Under the pieces are notes generated by a model. That model saw only the letters and a program-made list of their open reading frames with translations, was not told the origin of the DNA and made no database searches. The position numbers and the translations under genes were made by a program. DNA of 63,784 bases, counting the filler, from Bigelowiella natans CCMP2755 (Eukaryota; Protista; Cercozoa), in assembly GCA_000320545.1 (NCBI GenBank). It is 3 parts of 3 records of this genome, joined end to end, with 100 filler letters (N's around TTAATTAATTAA, not from the genome) between each part and the next. Parts side by side here need not be neighbours in the genome. Positions count along the whole stretch, not along the records: positions 1 to 27,733 come from ADNK01002470.1; 2 more parts are not named here. One strand, 5' to 3'. The first letter of the stretch is position 1. The number at the start of each line of letters is the position of its first letter. Of this stretch, positions 1 to 13,162 are shown piece after piece.

Positions 1-246
1 GCTCGCTGTGACTCTCTATATATCTCTCTCTCTCTCCCCTTCGTTCTCGCGCTCTCCGTCTTCTCTGGGCATAAAACACAAACAAAAAAACGCGCTGTCA
101 CACGCCCACTCCCGCGCGCACACGCGCGCGTGTGCGTGTGTGTGTGCGTGTGTGTGCGCGCGCGTGTGTGCGTGTGTGTGTGTGTCTCTCAGAGAGAGAG
201 AGACACACCCGCTCGCGCGCGCTCTCGCGCCCCCCCCCCCCCCCAC

Positions 247-293
<47 letters not shown>

Positions 294-836
294 TGCTGGA
301 CGTAAGGGGTGCGCAAGACCAAACGCGAGCAGCTGCTTCTCTCCCTCCCAATCAGATACAAACACACCCGCACACACGCACGCGCACAGCCACGCACTCA
401 CACCTGATGAACTGCGGCTCTGGCCGCGGTAGTCGTAGCGTTGCACCGCCTTGCTTTCTTCGCCTTTGATGCCAAGGGAAGACGAGGAGCTAAGCTTCCT
501 GCGCGCGCTCGTGGTGTCTTTTGCCTCGAATTCCTCTCGGAAATCCTACGAGAGAAGGGGGGGGGGTGGGGGGGGGACGATAAAATAGGTTATTAGCAGG
601 TCAACGGTGTGGGTGCGGGAACGGGCTGCACATTTGATAGATATCGGTGTTGTTGCTGCTGCTGCTGCTTTTTGATGTTATCCATGCTGTTTGCATGAGC
701 TATGAGTTCTGTGTGTGTGAGTGTGTTTCCCTCCCTCACTCTCCACCCCCTCTTCCAAAGCATAAGGAATAACTACATAAATCACAGCAGAGGCAAGATA
801 CAGCAGCTACAGCAGCGATATAAACGACATATGCCT

Positions 837-872
<36 letters not shown>

Positions 873-1490
873 GACGATGATGACGACGACGACAATACAG
901 AACAGGCACAACCCTGCGGCCATACAGCCATCCACTGCTAAGGTAGGATGACGCGTATGAAGACCAACTTTCCTGGGAGCTCGCAGATACCGCTGGCTTT
1001 GGATCTAACGCTTCCTGTTAAATACACCAGCGCATTATGTGCTCCTTGTTTGTTAAGATGCGATGTTTACATATTGAGCAGCGAGTATAGTATATATATA
1101 TATATATATATATATATTGAAGTAATATTTATATTTTACTCGTGTGTGTGTGTGTGTGTGTGTATGTGATTTATTGATATTCTTCTCCCGCATACTGCTT
1201 ACCTTTGAGAATGTTGCTGCAGAGAGCCCCTTCAGCTCGGCCTCTCCTTGGATTCTGGGGTATTAGCACAGAAAGATTATTACGACGACGACGATGACGA
1301 TAAAGATGACGCAATACCAGCACTTTATTTACTACGATGCATGCCAACAAAAGGGCATGGATGTTGCGATGTGTTGTGTGTCTAATTATCTGTACGTCGA
1401 TGTTGTGTTGTACGTGAAGTCATCAGTTTTCCCCTGAGGCTCTCTCTCCCTCTCTTCCCGTCTTCCCTCCCTCCCTTCCTCCTTCACAAA

Positions 1491-1527
<37 letters not shown>

Positions 1528-1866
1528 GACACACACAGAGAGATCAGACACCTGTAAAGAAGAATTCTATGCGTCGGCAGCTCTCTCTCAAGACTTTCCA
1601 ATGCGCTCAGCTGCGCTTGACTGAGCCCCTCCGTGCCTAGAGCTACAATACAATTTCAAGGAGTAGTGGAGGTTGAGAGGGAGGATGATGACGATGACGG
1701 TGACGGTGATGGTGATGGTGATGATAATAATCGTGGTAAAAGGGGCAAGAAACATACAAGGCTGCTAAGTACTCTGTACCTGAGGTGCCTGTTCGGATCC
1801 TGAACTGGTGCAATCGGATGTATTCTTTCCTCTCGCGTATCTGCACAAATAAATAAATATTATATA

Positions 1867-1927
<61 letters not shown>

Positions 1928-2923
1928 ATGTGATTGTGTTTTTTGTGTGGTGCTATCGATGCGGGCAGCAGCGTGTGACTGCAAGCCTGCTCGACGCGAC
2001 CACCTTTTCTATGAGCGCGAGCCATGGATCTTCCCTCTTCAACCGATGAATGCGCTCTCGAATTATCTGCAGCCACATCAAATCAAAGGAGGGAAATATA
2101 TACAAATGGGGGGGGGGGGGTAAGCAACATAGACTGTGCTGCACAAGGTTGGCTTCTACGCGCGCTCGCAATAATGAGTGAACGTCAGTCTGAACATACC
2201 TGAGAAACCGCATACCGCCACCAGGCTTTGGTGCGTCTTCGCTTGCGTGCTTGAGTGTCGCCTGCATTATCGCTGTCGTCGTCGTCATCACCATCGTCGT
2301 CATCAGCGCTGACCTCGTCCCCGCCCACCGTCGTCGTGCTAGGTAGGATGGCGTGCTTCGGTCTGTACATGTCGCGCTGCATATACGACACAAGAGTGTC
2401 CAGATAGTCCACGACATCTAGATTCATATCAGGGGAGAGAGAGGGGGGGGGGCGGGCGGGAGAAATAGAGGAATTAGTTCTAGTGTAGTTATCTGAGGCA
2501 CATTCTTCGACGATAACCATTCGCCTTGCACAACAGCATCCAACAGGGATCATTACCTTCGTTGACGTTCAGACGCAACGGAGAAATGTCGCACGTTGCC
2601 TTTACTTTCGTAGGCCCCCCTGCCGAGCGCTTGCTTTGCTCCATATTAACTTCAATGGCAAGGGGTTCCACGATCATGTCGTTGCCATCGACTCCGTGCC
2701 CACCCATCCTTCCCTTCCTTTCCTTGACATCAGAGGACGCGGCGGCAGCGGTGGCGGAGCGCGAATAGCGAATACTCGAACCCGAGAGCGATACACTGGT
2801 TCTGGTACCCCCCTCACCAAGGTTCGGTGCAGGCTCAGCTGATACTTCGATGCTATTCACCTTAAGGCAAAACGAATGCTGCTCCTCGGGCTGCTGCTCC
2901 TTATGGCGGCTAAGTAATGGTTT

Positions 2924-2956
<33 letters not shown>

Positions 2957-3881
2957 CAGTGCAGCAATAGGTGTAAGTATGATAGTCAAGATAGTGAGAC
3001 GCAAAAGAGGAGGAAGGGCTCGGGGCGTTACAGGCCCATTCGAACGTTATTTACTCATTTGAGCTAAAAACGAAGATGTATAGGCGCTTCACTCGTGGTG
3101 GCTGCAACCTGGTTAAGCTATTCCGATAAGTCACGACGACGTTCTTCACCCGGACTTTGACGTTGCTCAGCATTCCGCGCACGATGCTGTATGTGTAGGA
3201 GGCGGAAGGCACCGACTGGCTCCCCGAGCTGCTGCTTGAGTCGGCGGGGCTCGAGCCATTGAATATCTTGTCGTACCTATTGATTGGTGAGTTTTTTGGC
3301 ACGTGGTGTCGTCCAACGTGGGACGGTTCACTTGAATACATGTGGAAGGGCGCACCTGGCGAATCTCTGCTCTTCGAGCTTCTTAAGATTTGCTAGCTTA
3401 TTTGCTAGGAGAGTTCCCCTCCATTTTCCGTATTCCTCCGGACACAGTGTCGGGCTCACGTCGATGTAGCAATCCTATACACACAACGGACACTCTTTTA
3501 TTGTAAAAATTTTGCTTTTCTCTACGTCTCAGGGGGAAAGGTTCCGGGTTTTGGAAGGGGGGCAGAATAAACAAGACAACCCACCTCGAGCTCAATTATC
3601 GTCGGGCTGCTCCCCAGTGACGTCCATGGAATTTGCACACTCAGCCGCCCCACCTTACCTCCGGTCATCCGAAGCGGTAAATTAAGCGCTTCGATGAGTT
3701 TCGGATTGAGCACCACGTCTTTGGCATCCAGAGAACCGTTCCTGAGAGAGCAGCAGAAGGAGTGAGTACAGAAATAAACAAGGGGGGCAATACTGTTGTA
3801 CCATAGGGACACCGATGACGACAGTCCATGGACATAATCTGTAATATAGCCGGACAGGATCCCCGATACGACTGATCCCAT
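1..3881 (-). CDS. VPS13/chorein-family protein, 5' part (multi-exon, runs off window start)
   Basis: Spliced N-terminus MGSVVSGILSGYITDYVHGLSSSVSLW|NGSLDAKDVVLNPKLIEALNLPLRMTGGKVGRLSVQIPWTSLGSSPTIIELE matches the Chorein_N pattern. Later exons carry 'LSNVKVRVKNVVVTY', 'KAWWRYAVSQV', 'RKEYIRLH' and 'LESLERELPTHRILLYR', typical of the VPS13 N-terminal region. GT-AG junctions were checked for exon 1. Confidence 0.85.
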
Positions 3882-4294
3882 CTTCTACCCCCCCCAGCCT
3901 GTATTGTCCTTCTTTAACTAGTCCATCGAGAGAACTGGGCGCTGCCCTGCTCCATTTTTGCGCCTACTCCAGGATAGTATCTCTACGTGGGCTTCTCCGC
4001 ACTTATTTACTTTGGACCTGCATAGATTCTGGCCCAAATCGATACGAAATTTTCCTCGCCGAGTGGCAGCTCGGCAATCGACACATGGGAGAAGAAACCG
4101 GCAGAAAAACACGCAAGGTATTTCCACGAGTACACATCCCAGGACACTGTCGTTGTTATTGTTGCCGTCAAATCGGAACATTTTGCTTGTCATTCGGGTG
4201 TTCTGCCGATTTAATATTGTCTAGAAATGACTTATCGCCGATTTAATATTTTCATTCTCAGCACAGCAGCAGCAGCAGCATCAACACAGAAGCC

Positions 4295-5827
4295 ATGATC
4301 TTATCCATCGTGGAGGCGATTCTGTCCGTCGCCATGGCCATGGTGTTTTCCATCGCGAGGGCGATACTCTCCTTCGTATGGTCTTGCGCGGGATGGATAG
4401 TTTCTTCCATTACGGGGACTATCGTCTCTTTCTCAGTGGCGTTTCCAGTTAGCAGTCTCATCATCGTCTTTCTGTTCTGTAGTTGCGCCAATAGTCGAGC
4501 GAAACAGTCGTCGTCGTCGTCGTCGTCGTCGTCACATTCGTATTCGTCGTCGTCGTCGTCACATTCGTATTCACAACCACACTCATTGTATTCTCCATTG
4601 GAAGTATCCATCGCTTCGGGGTATGATCTGGCAAAGAAAAATAAGAAAAAGAAGCAGAAACACAAACAGGGAAATAAGACAAGTAAGAAAAAACAGAAAC
4701 ATAAGAAGGGAAAGAAGGAGAAGAAGCATTATCATTCCGATCCAGATTTACATGCTACATTTTCCAATCGTGGCAAAGGTTATACTTCAATGCCCCTTTG
4801 TGTAACCCAACTCCTAACTAATCTACCCCTACCAATACTGCAACTTCACCATTTACCAGCGTTGATAACAACAGGTAAAAAACGATCTCTAAGCGATAAA
4901 TATGAGAATTATCAAGCCCCAAGTCCAAAAAAAAAGAAAGCGCTATGCAGCACAAAGGGCGTTTGGTTTTGGCAGGCTGACGATGGCAGTTTCCAGCCCT
5001 ACAGAAGCGAAGAGTCGCAATACATCGAGAGACAGTTCCACATGGGGGAAAATTTATTCCTTATCCACCACGGCCAGCACCTCATATTCTTTACCGATCA
5101 TACATGTGGGATTCAAAAAAACTTGGACACGAACAGTCAGCGACTCATCAAGCGAGAGGAGCATCCAATCGAAAGAGGAGGCAGAGAGGCAGGGACACTA
5201 TTTCGTGCAGCAATCGATCGATGCTGTGACAGTGAAAAATTGCGTCCGCACTTAGAAAACATAAAACACGCGGCAGAGGAATCCCTGGACTATGCCAGAA
5301 ATCACCGAGAGCATAAGTCCAAAAAGAAAGTGAAACTTGACATTGATGAGATCGCCGCCCTATACATGTACACCATGGACACGCAACTCTATAGATCCAT
5401 GAACGAGCTCCTCCGTGGCGACATACCGAATCATCATCAGGAGAGACCATTCAAGGATTATCTTGCTATTTTGAATTCCGCGCTGATGAAGTTGCAAAAT
5501 AACAAGAAAGTTGTCTGGCGAGGTGTACCTCTTTACCTCGCAGATAAGCACGAACAGGGAGAAATAATTTTGGAACGTGGCCCATTAAGCGCATCTTTGA
5601 GCATGGGGAAGGCGGTGAATTTTATGAATCGCTCTCATGGTGTCCGGGACACTGACGCTACCCTATTTCAGATTGGGGGCGGATTTGGAAAGAAAATAGA
5701 AAACTATTCTGCATTTCCTGATGAAGTCGAAGTTTTGTTTCCATGCGGATCAAAATTCAAAGTGGAGGAGATAGCGCGGCCGACGGAAAATAGAACCATT
5801 ATAACTCTTACACAATTGAAGCCATAA
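4295..5827 (+). CDS. Membrane-anchored WWE-domain + R-S-E (ARTC/cholera-toxin-like) ADP-ribosyltransferase
   Basis: 510-aa ORF with a hydrophobic N-terminus and a Lys-rich tract. WWE-like 'VWFWQADDGSFQPYRSEESQYIERQF...IQKNLDTNSQRLIKR'. ART-like 'EIAALYMYT..LYRSMNELLR', 'VWRG', 'LSAS' and 'YSAFPDEVEVLFP'. Probable in-frame 96-nt intron at 4779-4874 (AG|GT, CTAAC, ACAG). Confidence 0.8.
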   Translation: MILSIVEAILSVAMAMVFSIARAILSFVWSCAGWIVSSITGTIVSFSVAFPVSSLIIVFLFCSCANSRAKQSSSSSSSSSHSYSSSSSSHSYSQPHSLYSPLEVSIASGYDLAKKNKKKKQKHKQGNKTSKKKQKHKKGKKEKKHYHSDPDLHATFSNRGKGYTSMPLCVTQLLTNLPLPILQLHHLPALITTGKKRSLSDKYENYQAPSPKKKKALCSTKGVWFWQADDGSFQPYRSEESQYIERQFHMGENLFLIHHGQHLIFFTDHTCGIQKNLDTNSQRLIKREEHPIERGGREAGTLFRAAIDRCCDSEKLRPHLENIKHAAEESLDYARNHREHKSKKKVKLDIDEIAALYMYTMDTQLYRSMNELLRGDIPNHHQERPFKDYLAILNSALMKLQNNKKVVWRGVPLYLADKHEQGEIILERGPLSASLSMGKAVNFMNRSHGVRDTDATLFQIGGGFGKKIENYSAFPDEVEVLFPCGSKFKVEEIARPTENRTIITLTQLKP

Positions 5828-6901
5828 ACCAGTCACCAAATTTGGGTCATGACCGAACAAATAGATCTAAGAGCTCGCTAACCGTCAAAGTCTGGGGAAA
5901 AAACAAGAGCACATACCTAGTAGTGCGTATCAAAACTGCCCGTTTCAAATGGCCCTATAGCCCGTCAAGCACAAAGATCATTTATCTCACAGTAAATCTC
6001 TAATTCTGCAATCTTACAACTGCTGAGCATTAATTGAAAATAATCTATTGCTTTGTATGATAGTACCAGTCCAGCATATGTTGCAGTGAATGAAACACAT
6101 TATCACCCGTAAGACGGATGTAATGGATTAAATTATCACACGCTAGTACGCGTAGCTAGAAGTTTGAGCTCGCCCCAGCTTCAAGAGGCAGCGAACACGT
6201 GATGCATTGGTATTAACGATTTAACGATAACGATCCTCAGGGTGAATATGGAGCACGAAAGATTTCCAGCTTGTTGCGCACTTCCCAATATAATCATGTT
6301 GAAAAAAAAAAAACTGTCACAATAACATGTTCATTTCATTACATCCGTCTCATAATGACACATAGACAGCTCATATGTTACTAGATCAGGCTTGCGCTAC
6401 GAATCAAGCCGCACATCTAGATATAGTAGTAGTTTAAGCACAGAGACGATGTAATAGCATGAGCTAAAATGTATGTTTGCATGCACATCGCTGCGACAGA
6501 GCCTCGCACACGCAGTCTCCAGTTCATGCTGACTAAATCTCATCGAACGCGTCGCCACCTTGGTTTATGATGTAGTCTGGTCGTCTAGGAAAATTATGTT
6601 TAGATCCATAATGGATCAATCTTGGTTATCATACTTACATTACATCAAACAAGCTTACTTTGCGGAATGGGACTTCCCAATCTAACTTGCCTTTGCCTGA
6701 AGCCTTACTTCTCATGATACATTTTAAATCTCTATTTTTTTTAAGTTATCTCTTTTCATAGGATTCTCTAGCATAGTTAACATGTTGTAAAATCATAATT
6801 ATAATAGTAATTTTTCTACAGCGACTGCCACACTTTGGAGGGATGATCTTCCCGATAATGCATATCAGAGACTTTTGACTTTCGGTTCAGGTTTTCTTTT
6901 T

Positions 6902-7741
6902 TCAACCGAATCCATTTTTCTTCTTTGTCGTTTTTTTCTTCGCTTTCGCCATCTTTTTTTCCAGCTTCTTCATTTCATGTTCGTTCTTGACTGGAACATC
7001 AGTAATCTTATCCGGGTGCCAGAAGGAGGTCGCAGCTAGGACAAGCGGTATGACCTTGTCCGTAGGTTCTCCAAGGTCTTCGGGTTTCTCAGAAAAACTA
7101 TTAACAGATGCACGAAAGTCTACAATAAATTCATCAATATCTTGTGCACTGTATCCTGCCTCGGATGCAATCCTGATCTTCCGTTCCCAAGCCGATATGT
7201 CTGTCGTCAACAGATCAAGGTTCTCACGTTCCTCGGAAGTTGCACGCTCGATTATTGATCTGTATCGGGCAACCCGGTGCTCTGTATCCATCACATTCTC
7301 ATCGTTTATTTGTTCCTCCATTGCGGGCAATCTAATGGTAGGAAATCATGCGCATGCTTTAATACAGAGAGCGAACTGGAAAAATGGCAACAGAAAGATC
7401 GTATCTTACCTCTCCACAACGGCAAGAAGACCGCCTGTACTTTCAAATATGTCAAGTTGTTCCATGAAGTCCTGTAAGTTTGTCTTCCCAGAGAGAAGGC
7501 CCATCTCAAAGTATTCATATTGGTGCAGCTCGTTTTTTTGAGCGAAGGGGGTTGTAATTCGACCGAGCCGGCTTCTCGTGGCTCTACACCCCGCTGGTCT
7601 TGCTCGCATTGGTACGGAAACGTACGAAGGCGAAGATAACTGTGACGTTCTCCTTTGATTTTGAAGGATAAGGAAGAGGGAGGTGCAAACGAGGATGATC
7701 AACGTGGTACCCCATCTTCCCCGAGACACCCGAGGCGCCAT
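6902..7741 (-). CDS. Hypothetical protein with signal+transit-like leader (2 exons)
   Basis: ATG at 7741 gives MAPRVSRGRWGTTLIILVCTSLFLIL followed by an S/R-rich stretch. A GT-AG intron at ~7332-7409 joins VVER to LPAMEEQ in frame. Ends KKKTTKKKNGFG*. Confidence 0.65.
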
Positions 7742-8170
7742 TGCCGCTCGACTTCTTTTGTTGGAGCGGATTCCGCACGAACGACAACCTTGACAGGAGA
7801 AATCGCAGGACTTCCACAGAACTTTCCCAACTTTGGTCGCAATTTTGCTGTCGCAGGATGGAATTGCCCTCATAATATGTCAAATTATTTCTGCAGTAGG
7901 GGACTTTGCAGCCAGGTGGGTACTGCAATTGATAGGCGCTCTGGATTCAATTTCATCGGACAAACTTCGTAAAAAGGCAGCGAGCGTGGAGCGGTACGGC
8001 GGTATGGTTCCACTACCAACTTTTTTGTTTGTTCCTTCTCCCCCCCGAGCGATGAACCCTCAACAGCGACAACGGATTCTAGGCTTATCGATCATGTCGC
8101 GCAATATAAATGAACTTCATTTCGAAATAAAGGTCGGAACGGACGGACTGTGTTAAAACTGACTACGTCG

Positions 8171-9554
8171 ATGGTAGGGGGGGCTCCCTAGCCGAAAGGC
8201 TTTTGCAAGATTTTCGCATGTAGCGATTATAATCATTGCCTTACAAGTACCTCATCGTTATTTAGATCTTTGCGCTATTTCTCTCAACCCTCGCGGCAGA
8301 TGCCTCAGCCCAGGCATCAAGATTCCGCGGCTCCAATGTGATGCGAATGAACCGTATTGCGCCCGTATCATCAAGGTTGGCTGGAAATCCTGCAGTCGTC
8401 TCTAGAAGATCTATCCTAGCACCAAAGTGCGAGACAGAAGGTGTAAATTCGATTAAAACGCTTAAATTGTAAGTTTAGTGGATCATTGTATAGCATTATT
8501 ATCTGCAATGTAGAATTAAACGTGACACTATGAGCCCAAATATTTCCCCCATTCCTCATCTTCAAATTTATTTGATCTACACTTAGCTGCTGTGGAATGG
8601 AAAGGGGCCCTATCATCTTCAGCCTTGACAGGAGATGTGAAAACTGTTTTCAACATTAATGACATCGCAAAGATTCTCCCTCACAGATACCCATTTTTGC
8701 TCGTCGACAAGGTCATATTAGAAAAAGCTTGTTTACTAAATAAATAAGAGCTTGCCCATATATATGAATATATCTTCAATGACGCACACAAACATACACG
8801 AATGTGAGATAATGTACACATTCGTGCAAATCACGCGTCCAAAATCATCACTGTTGATGAAGATATCGTCAGAATTCGTTAGACACTGATATTTTGGCAT
8901 ACTTAATCCACAAATCTCATAATACTACTGCCACAATATCCATTGTTTCATCTTTGTAAGGTTGTAGAGTATGAAGCTGGAAAGCGTGCTGTTGGCGTGA
9001 AATCAATCACTATGAACGAGCCCCAATTCACTGGTCATTTCCCGGACAATCCGATCATGCCTGGGGTTATGCAAATTGAAGCCCTGGCACAGCTCGCAGG
9101 AATAGTAAGTGAAGCCCTTGTTCCTATTCCATGCGAAAAGAATGCCATATTATTTACTATTTTTGTGGTGGACGCCATAGGTCTGTTTGCAGATGGAGGG
9201 AGCATCCCCTGGAAGCACATTCTATTTCGCCGGCGTCGATGGGGTGAAATGGAAGCGTCCGGTGATTCCTGGAGATTCTCTCGTGATGGAGGTGGAAATC
9301 ACGAACTGGAAACCTAAGTTCGGTATTTGCAAAGCAACCGGAAAGGCATACGTTGATGGCAACCTCGCATTGGAGATCAAAGAGGTATGTACGTCTATAT
9401 AGTGTGGCGAAAACTTAAAATAGAAAGAAGAGACAAATAATGGTTGGTGTTTGGAGATTTTTTAATAGGGCGCAGAAGAATAATATATTGAGAATCATTT
9501 GTGTGTTTACCTTCTCTATTGGCTTCGCAGATGACTTTTGCATTAGTAAAGTGA
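8171..9554 (+). CDS. fabZ: Plastid-targeted beta-hydroxyacyl-ACP dehydratase FabZ
   Basis: Exons give M|[22 protein letters not shown].. (leader), [13 protein letters not shown]|[61 protein letters not shown] and MTFALVK*. These contain the hallmark FabZ motifs. Confidence 0.95.
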
Positions 9555-10306
9555 AGTGAAGATCAAGTGACTACGTAAAGATCAAGTGGACTGCTGCGGA
9601 AAATAAGAGCCTACAGAACGATGAATAAAGACATCTGTGATAGCTTATGTCGTAGCAAAGCTTTGACCGTAGATAGCACTTGTTCATTAACTTCCCGACG
9701 TATGCACGCGACGTACAACGTACATAGTAAATAATATATATTACATCCTATGAGTGCCTAGCCTGATACGCTACGTACGTAATGGCGGTTGCAATTTGTA
9801 CATTGTGAGATACTACTACAAGAAACCTCGCGCAGCGCCTTTATTTGGCTATGCGGCGGTGAGTGTATAAAGCATGTGTGACTGTACATAAGAGCCGTGC
9901 TGCTGCTAGTTTAAGTACTATGCGGTGGCTAGCTAGCTGTACTGAAACTGGTAATGGCTTATTGTGCACACTCATGGCTATCACGATGTTACGATGCACT
10001 TGTCGTATGATGCCAAGGCGAGCAGACAAGCATCAAGCTACTACTTGGCTATAAACATGCAATTTTAACCAGATGCTGATGGGCGTAAAGATGCGCGCAC
10101 TGTTTAGATCTACATGCATGAAGGTATTACATGTTTTGCTACTGTAAATAGTAATCACTGTCGTAGATACTCAATTTTCATGTGATGGATTTACCGAAAT
10201 TTTCCAACAATACTGGGCCACACATTATAAATACTTTCATCAATGATCATTTTCTGTAAAATTATTTTGCCAAAAGTTAGAACTTCATCTTGTACACCGA
10301 ATTAAA

Positions 10307-12598
10307 TTAGTATTCCACCTTTCTTTTCATTTCTCTAAGAATTTTCATGGCTGCCCTGCTGTCTTTTAATATCTCACACGCCGTCAGAACAATCCTGGTT
10401 GAGAGTGTTTGCATTCAGTATACTCAGTCATTTCATATCAATTTCCAGTACCTATACGCATTCTTATCAGGTTCAATTCCTTCGGATATCATACGCCAGT
10501 ACATTTCCTGTGAAATGATAAAAAACAGAATTTGAAGGCCTGGTAGATGAAATCAGCTCCATTGCATGGTTTACCAGAGTTGTTTTGCACTGCTGAGCCT
10601 TATTGAGAGTTTTCATAACAGATGAAAAAGTAACAAGATTGTTCTTCAGGCCCTCACATTCAGCCCTGAAATAAGTCAAGCAAGCTCCTGTGAAACGCGA
10701 GGGACAACGATTCAAATTTGAAACAATAACCGATGAAACAGATGGACAGCTCGTTGCCACTCTCCGGAATTTTCGCATGCATGAATGGCGGCTCCAAACG
10801 TTATTATATTTGGGGTTATATTCTTTCGAGGCATTAGATCCAGGATCTGTTTCAAAACATTCTTGTAAAATTATGATAGTGCGACTCTTCAGCAGTATTC
10901 TTCTACCCAGGTTGCATTGACCCACTCTCCGCATTGAGCAAAGCAGTTGACGGCTTCAGTATAAAGAATCAAGTCGCCTTGAATCCCGTCTGCATCCATC
11001 TTATGGATGAGCCGCTTCGCCTGTATTGTATGTGTGAGGCAACGCGAGTTCAGGAACACTATCGATTACCTCTCTCCATTCTTTAGCTCCTGCGCAAGCT
11101 GATATCAGAGCTGTGTAAGTTTTCTTATTCGACCTGAGGCAACACCACAAATTAACCAAAGTTCCTATCTAGAATTTCAAATGAGACTATACAGGATATT
11201 TTCCTTCTCCATGCGTTCGAAAATCTTCAGCGCTTCCTTCCATTCGCCTCCTTTATTACACTAGAAATATAATGGTTTACTTGGATTAAAACGCTTGAGG
11301 TTCGAAATACTTGGTTTAGAAAGGTACCGCAGCTACAGCAGCATTACAGGTGATCGTATTCAATGGGAGATCGTCCTTTGCCATACCTGGATAATACAAT
11401 AGTAATCTTCCAAGGCTTCATATTTCATAACGAAAAATTACTGTTCAGCAAGTCAACGGCCTCTTTCCATCTTCCAGCTCCTTCCATTGCACTTATAACA
11501 GCGGTGTAAACAGTGGCGTCTCTTTTGATATCCTCCCCTTTCATTTCTGAAAAAAATGAATTGGAGGTTTTAATTGGGGGAGGTGGGGCATGTAAAACTG
11601 GCAAGAAACACCTTCAAAAAGCTCCAGCGCTAACTTCCAATCCTTCGTCTTTCTACAGGCGGAAATTACAGTAGTGTAGTGTGTCTCGTTGATCGGGGAA
11701 CCTTTTCTTTTCATCAACTTGAAGTATTCATACATTTCCTCCCTGAATTTAGAAACAAAAGTCTCGGAACGAACTGCGATAGACTTGGAATAATTTCTAA
11801 TACCATTTTTCCATATTCACGAACGCATTTAGAATCATACGATTTGCGTAGGAGCCGGTGGCCAGACAACCATCCTTCATCTCGGCCCAGATTTTGAGAA
11901 TCTCATCCCACTGTTTCTGTTTCTCGCAGGCTATCATAGTCGAGGTGAATGAAAATATTGTCCGCTTGACAGACTTGGCTTTCATATCCTTGAGCAGCGA
12001 CACAGCCCTGAACATCAAAAATTTATCACGAATGTAAAACACACAAATGTCCGAATTTCGACTACATTTTCCAGTCTCCACATTTTCCAAATGCTCCAAT
12101 TGCAGCGTTGTATAAATACAAATCAGGTTCCACTTGTTCCGAAAGAAAATCATTCCAAACCTGGCGGCACAACTGAATGAATAGGAGCGGCATTGGGGAA
12201 TAGTTTTTTGTCACCTTCTGCACGCCCGATAAGTCTCTATGCTGCCCGTTCAAAGATATCATAGAAGTGTATCGCTTCAGAGATCTTTGTGGGGAATGAC
12301 CTTTTCCAGATACTGCACTCATTTCAGTCTTAATTTCTGAATCGTTCTTCGGTGAACAATCATTTAATTTAGGCTCTCTTTTTATTTCTGGCGACGCGAA
12401 CCTGCAATTTGAAATATCAATCGATGATCCATTGCTTATATTCATTCACAAGGGACAAATTTTAGAGAATATTACCTTAAATTTCTTGACACCTGTCGTA
12501 CCGGATTGGGAAGTGCAGGAGAGTCCCGAACTCTGGCAACTTTTATCTGTGCTGGCGTCTGCATCTCATCGAAGAGCGAGGTCTTAACCTGTTCAATG

Positions 12599-12672
<74 letters not shown>

Positions 12673-13162
12673 GTGAAATTCATAACAATATACGTTTCCA
12701 CTTACGTATCTATTTCCCCCAGCCCCAGATTTGCCTCGTCGCCAATCACGCTCAAAAGTGACATCCTTTTTCCGCGACGATCGCCAGTTTCCTCCAGATC
12801 GTGATCGACTTTCTGTCTTGACCGAGTATTTGCTTAATGTACGCATCCTAAATTCCACTACAACAATTAGCAATTGGAGGCACAAATCTAGAGAGAATAA
12901 TGGTTCGACCCGCTTGTCTTCGCTGGGGTAAGAAGTGTCGCACCATTCTTGTTTGGGGTCTCGTTCTCCTTTTCTAGACGAAACCTACCAAGTGATATCA
13001 TGATTGCAGAAGAACTCTTCGTAGATATCATGAAACATATGGTAAAGTAAATAGTTACTTAAAAAGGATGACAAGATGGCAGCTACCTTGCGGAGGGGGG
13101 ACGGTAGAGCTGCATGTCGGCGAAGTCTGCTCAACCCGTATTGGTCGCTCAGAAAAAGCCAT
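10307..13162 (-). CDS. Pentatricopeptide repeat (PPR) protein, ~10 repeats, many short introns
   Basis: Repeated 35-aa motifs: PDLYLYNAAIGAFGKCGDWK, RTIFSFTSTMIACEKQKQWD, INETHYTTVISACRKTKDWK, RDATVYTAVISAMEGAGRWK, PNIITFGAAIHACENSGEWQ. Stop at 10307. Start codon is tentative. Confidence 0.9.

Noticed and set aside
8-2123. Many ORFs with YIYIYI/CVCVCV/HTHTHT runs here and throughout
   Set aside because: These are translations of intronic (TA)n/(CA)n/(GA)n microsatellites, not proteins.
4258-4665. Antisense 135-aa ORF with D-rich and M-periodic repeats
   Set aside because: Shadow of the low-complexity N-terminus of the + strand ART gene.
8247-8265. Apparent 19-nt nucleomorph-style intron (GTACCTCATCGTTATTTAG) in fabZ
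   Set aside because: It would need a frameshift upstream. ATG|GTAGGG..TTTAG|ATC (intron 8174-8265) gives a clean signal peptide with no extra assumption.
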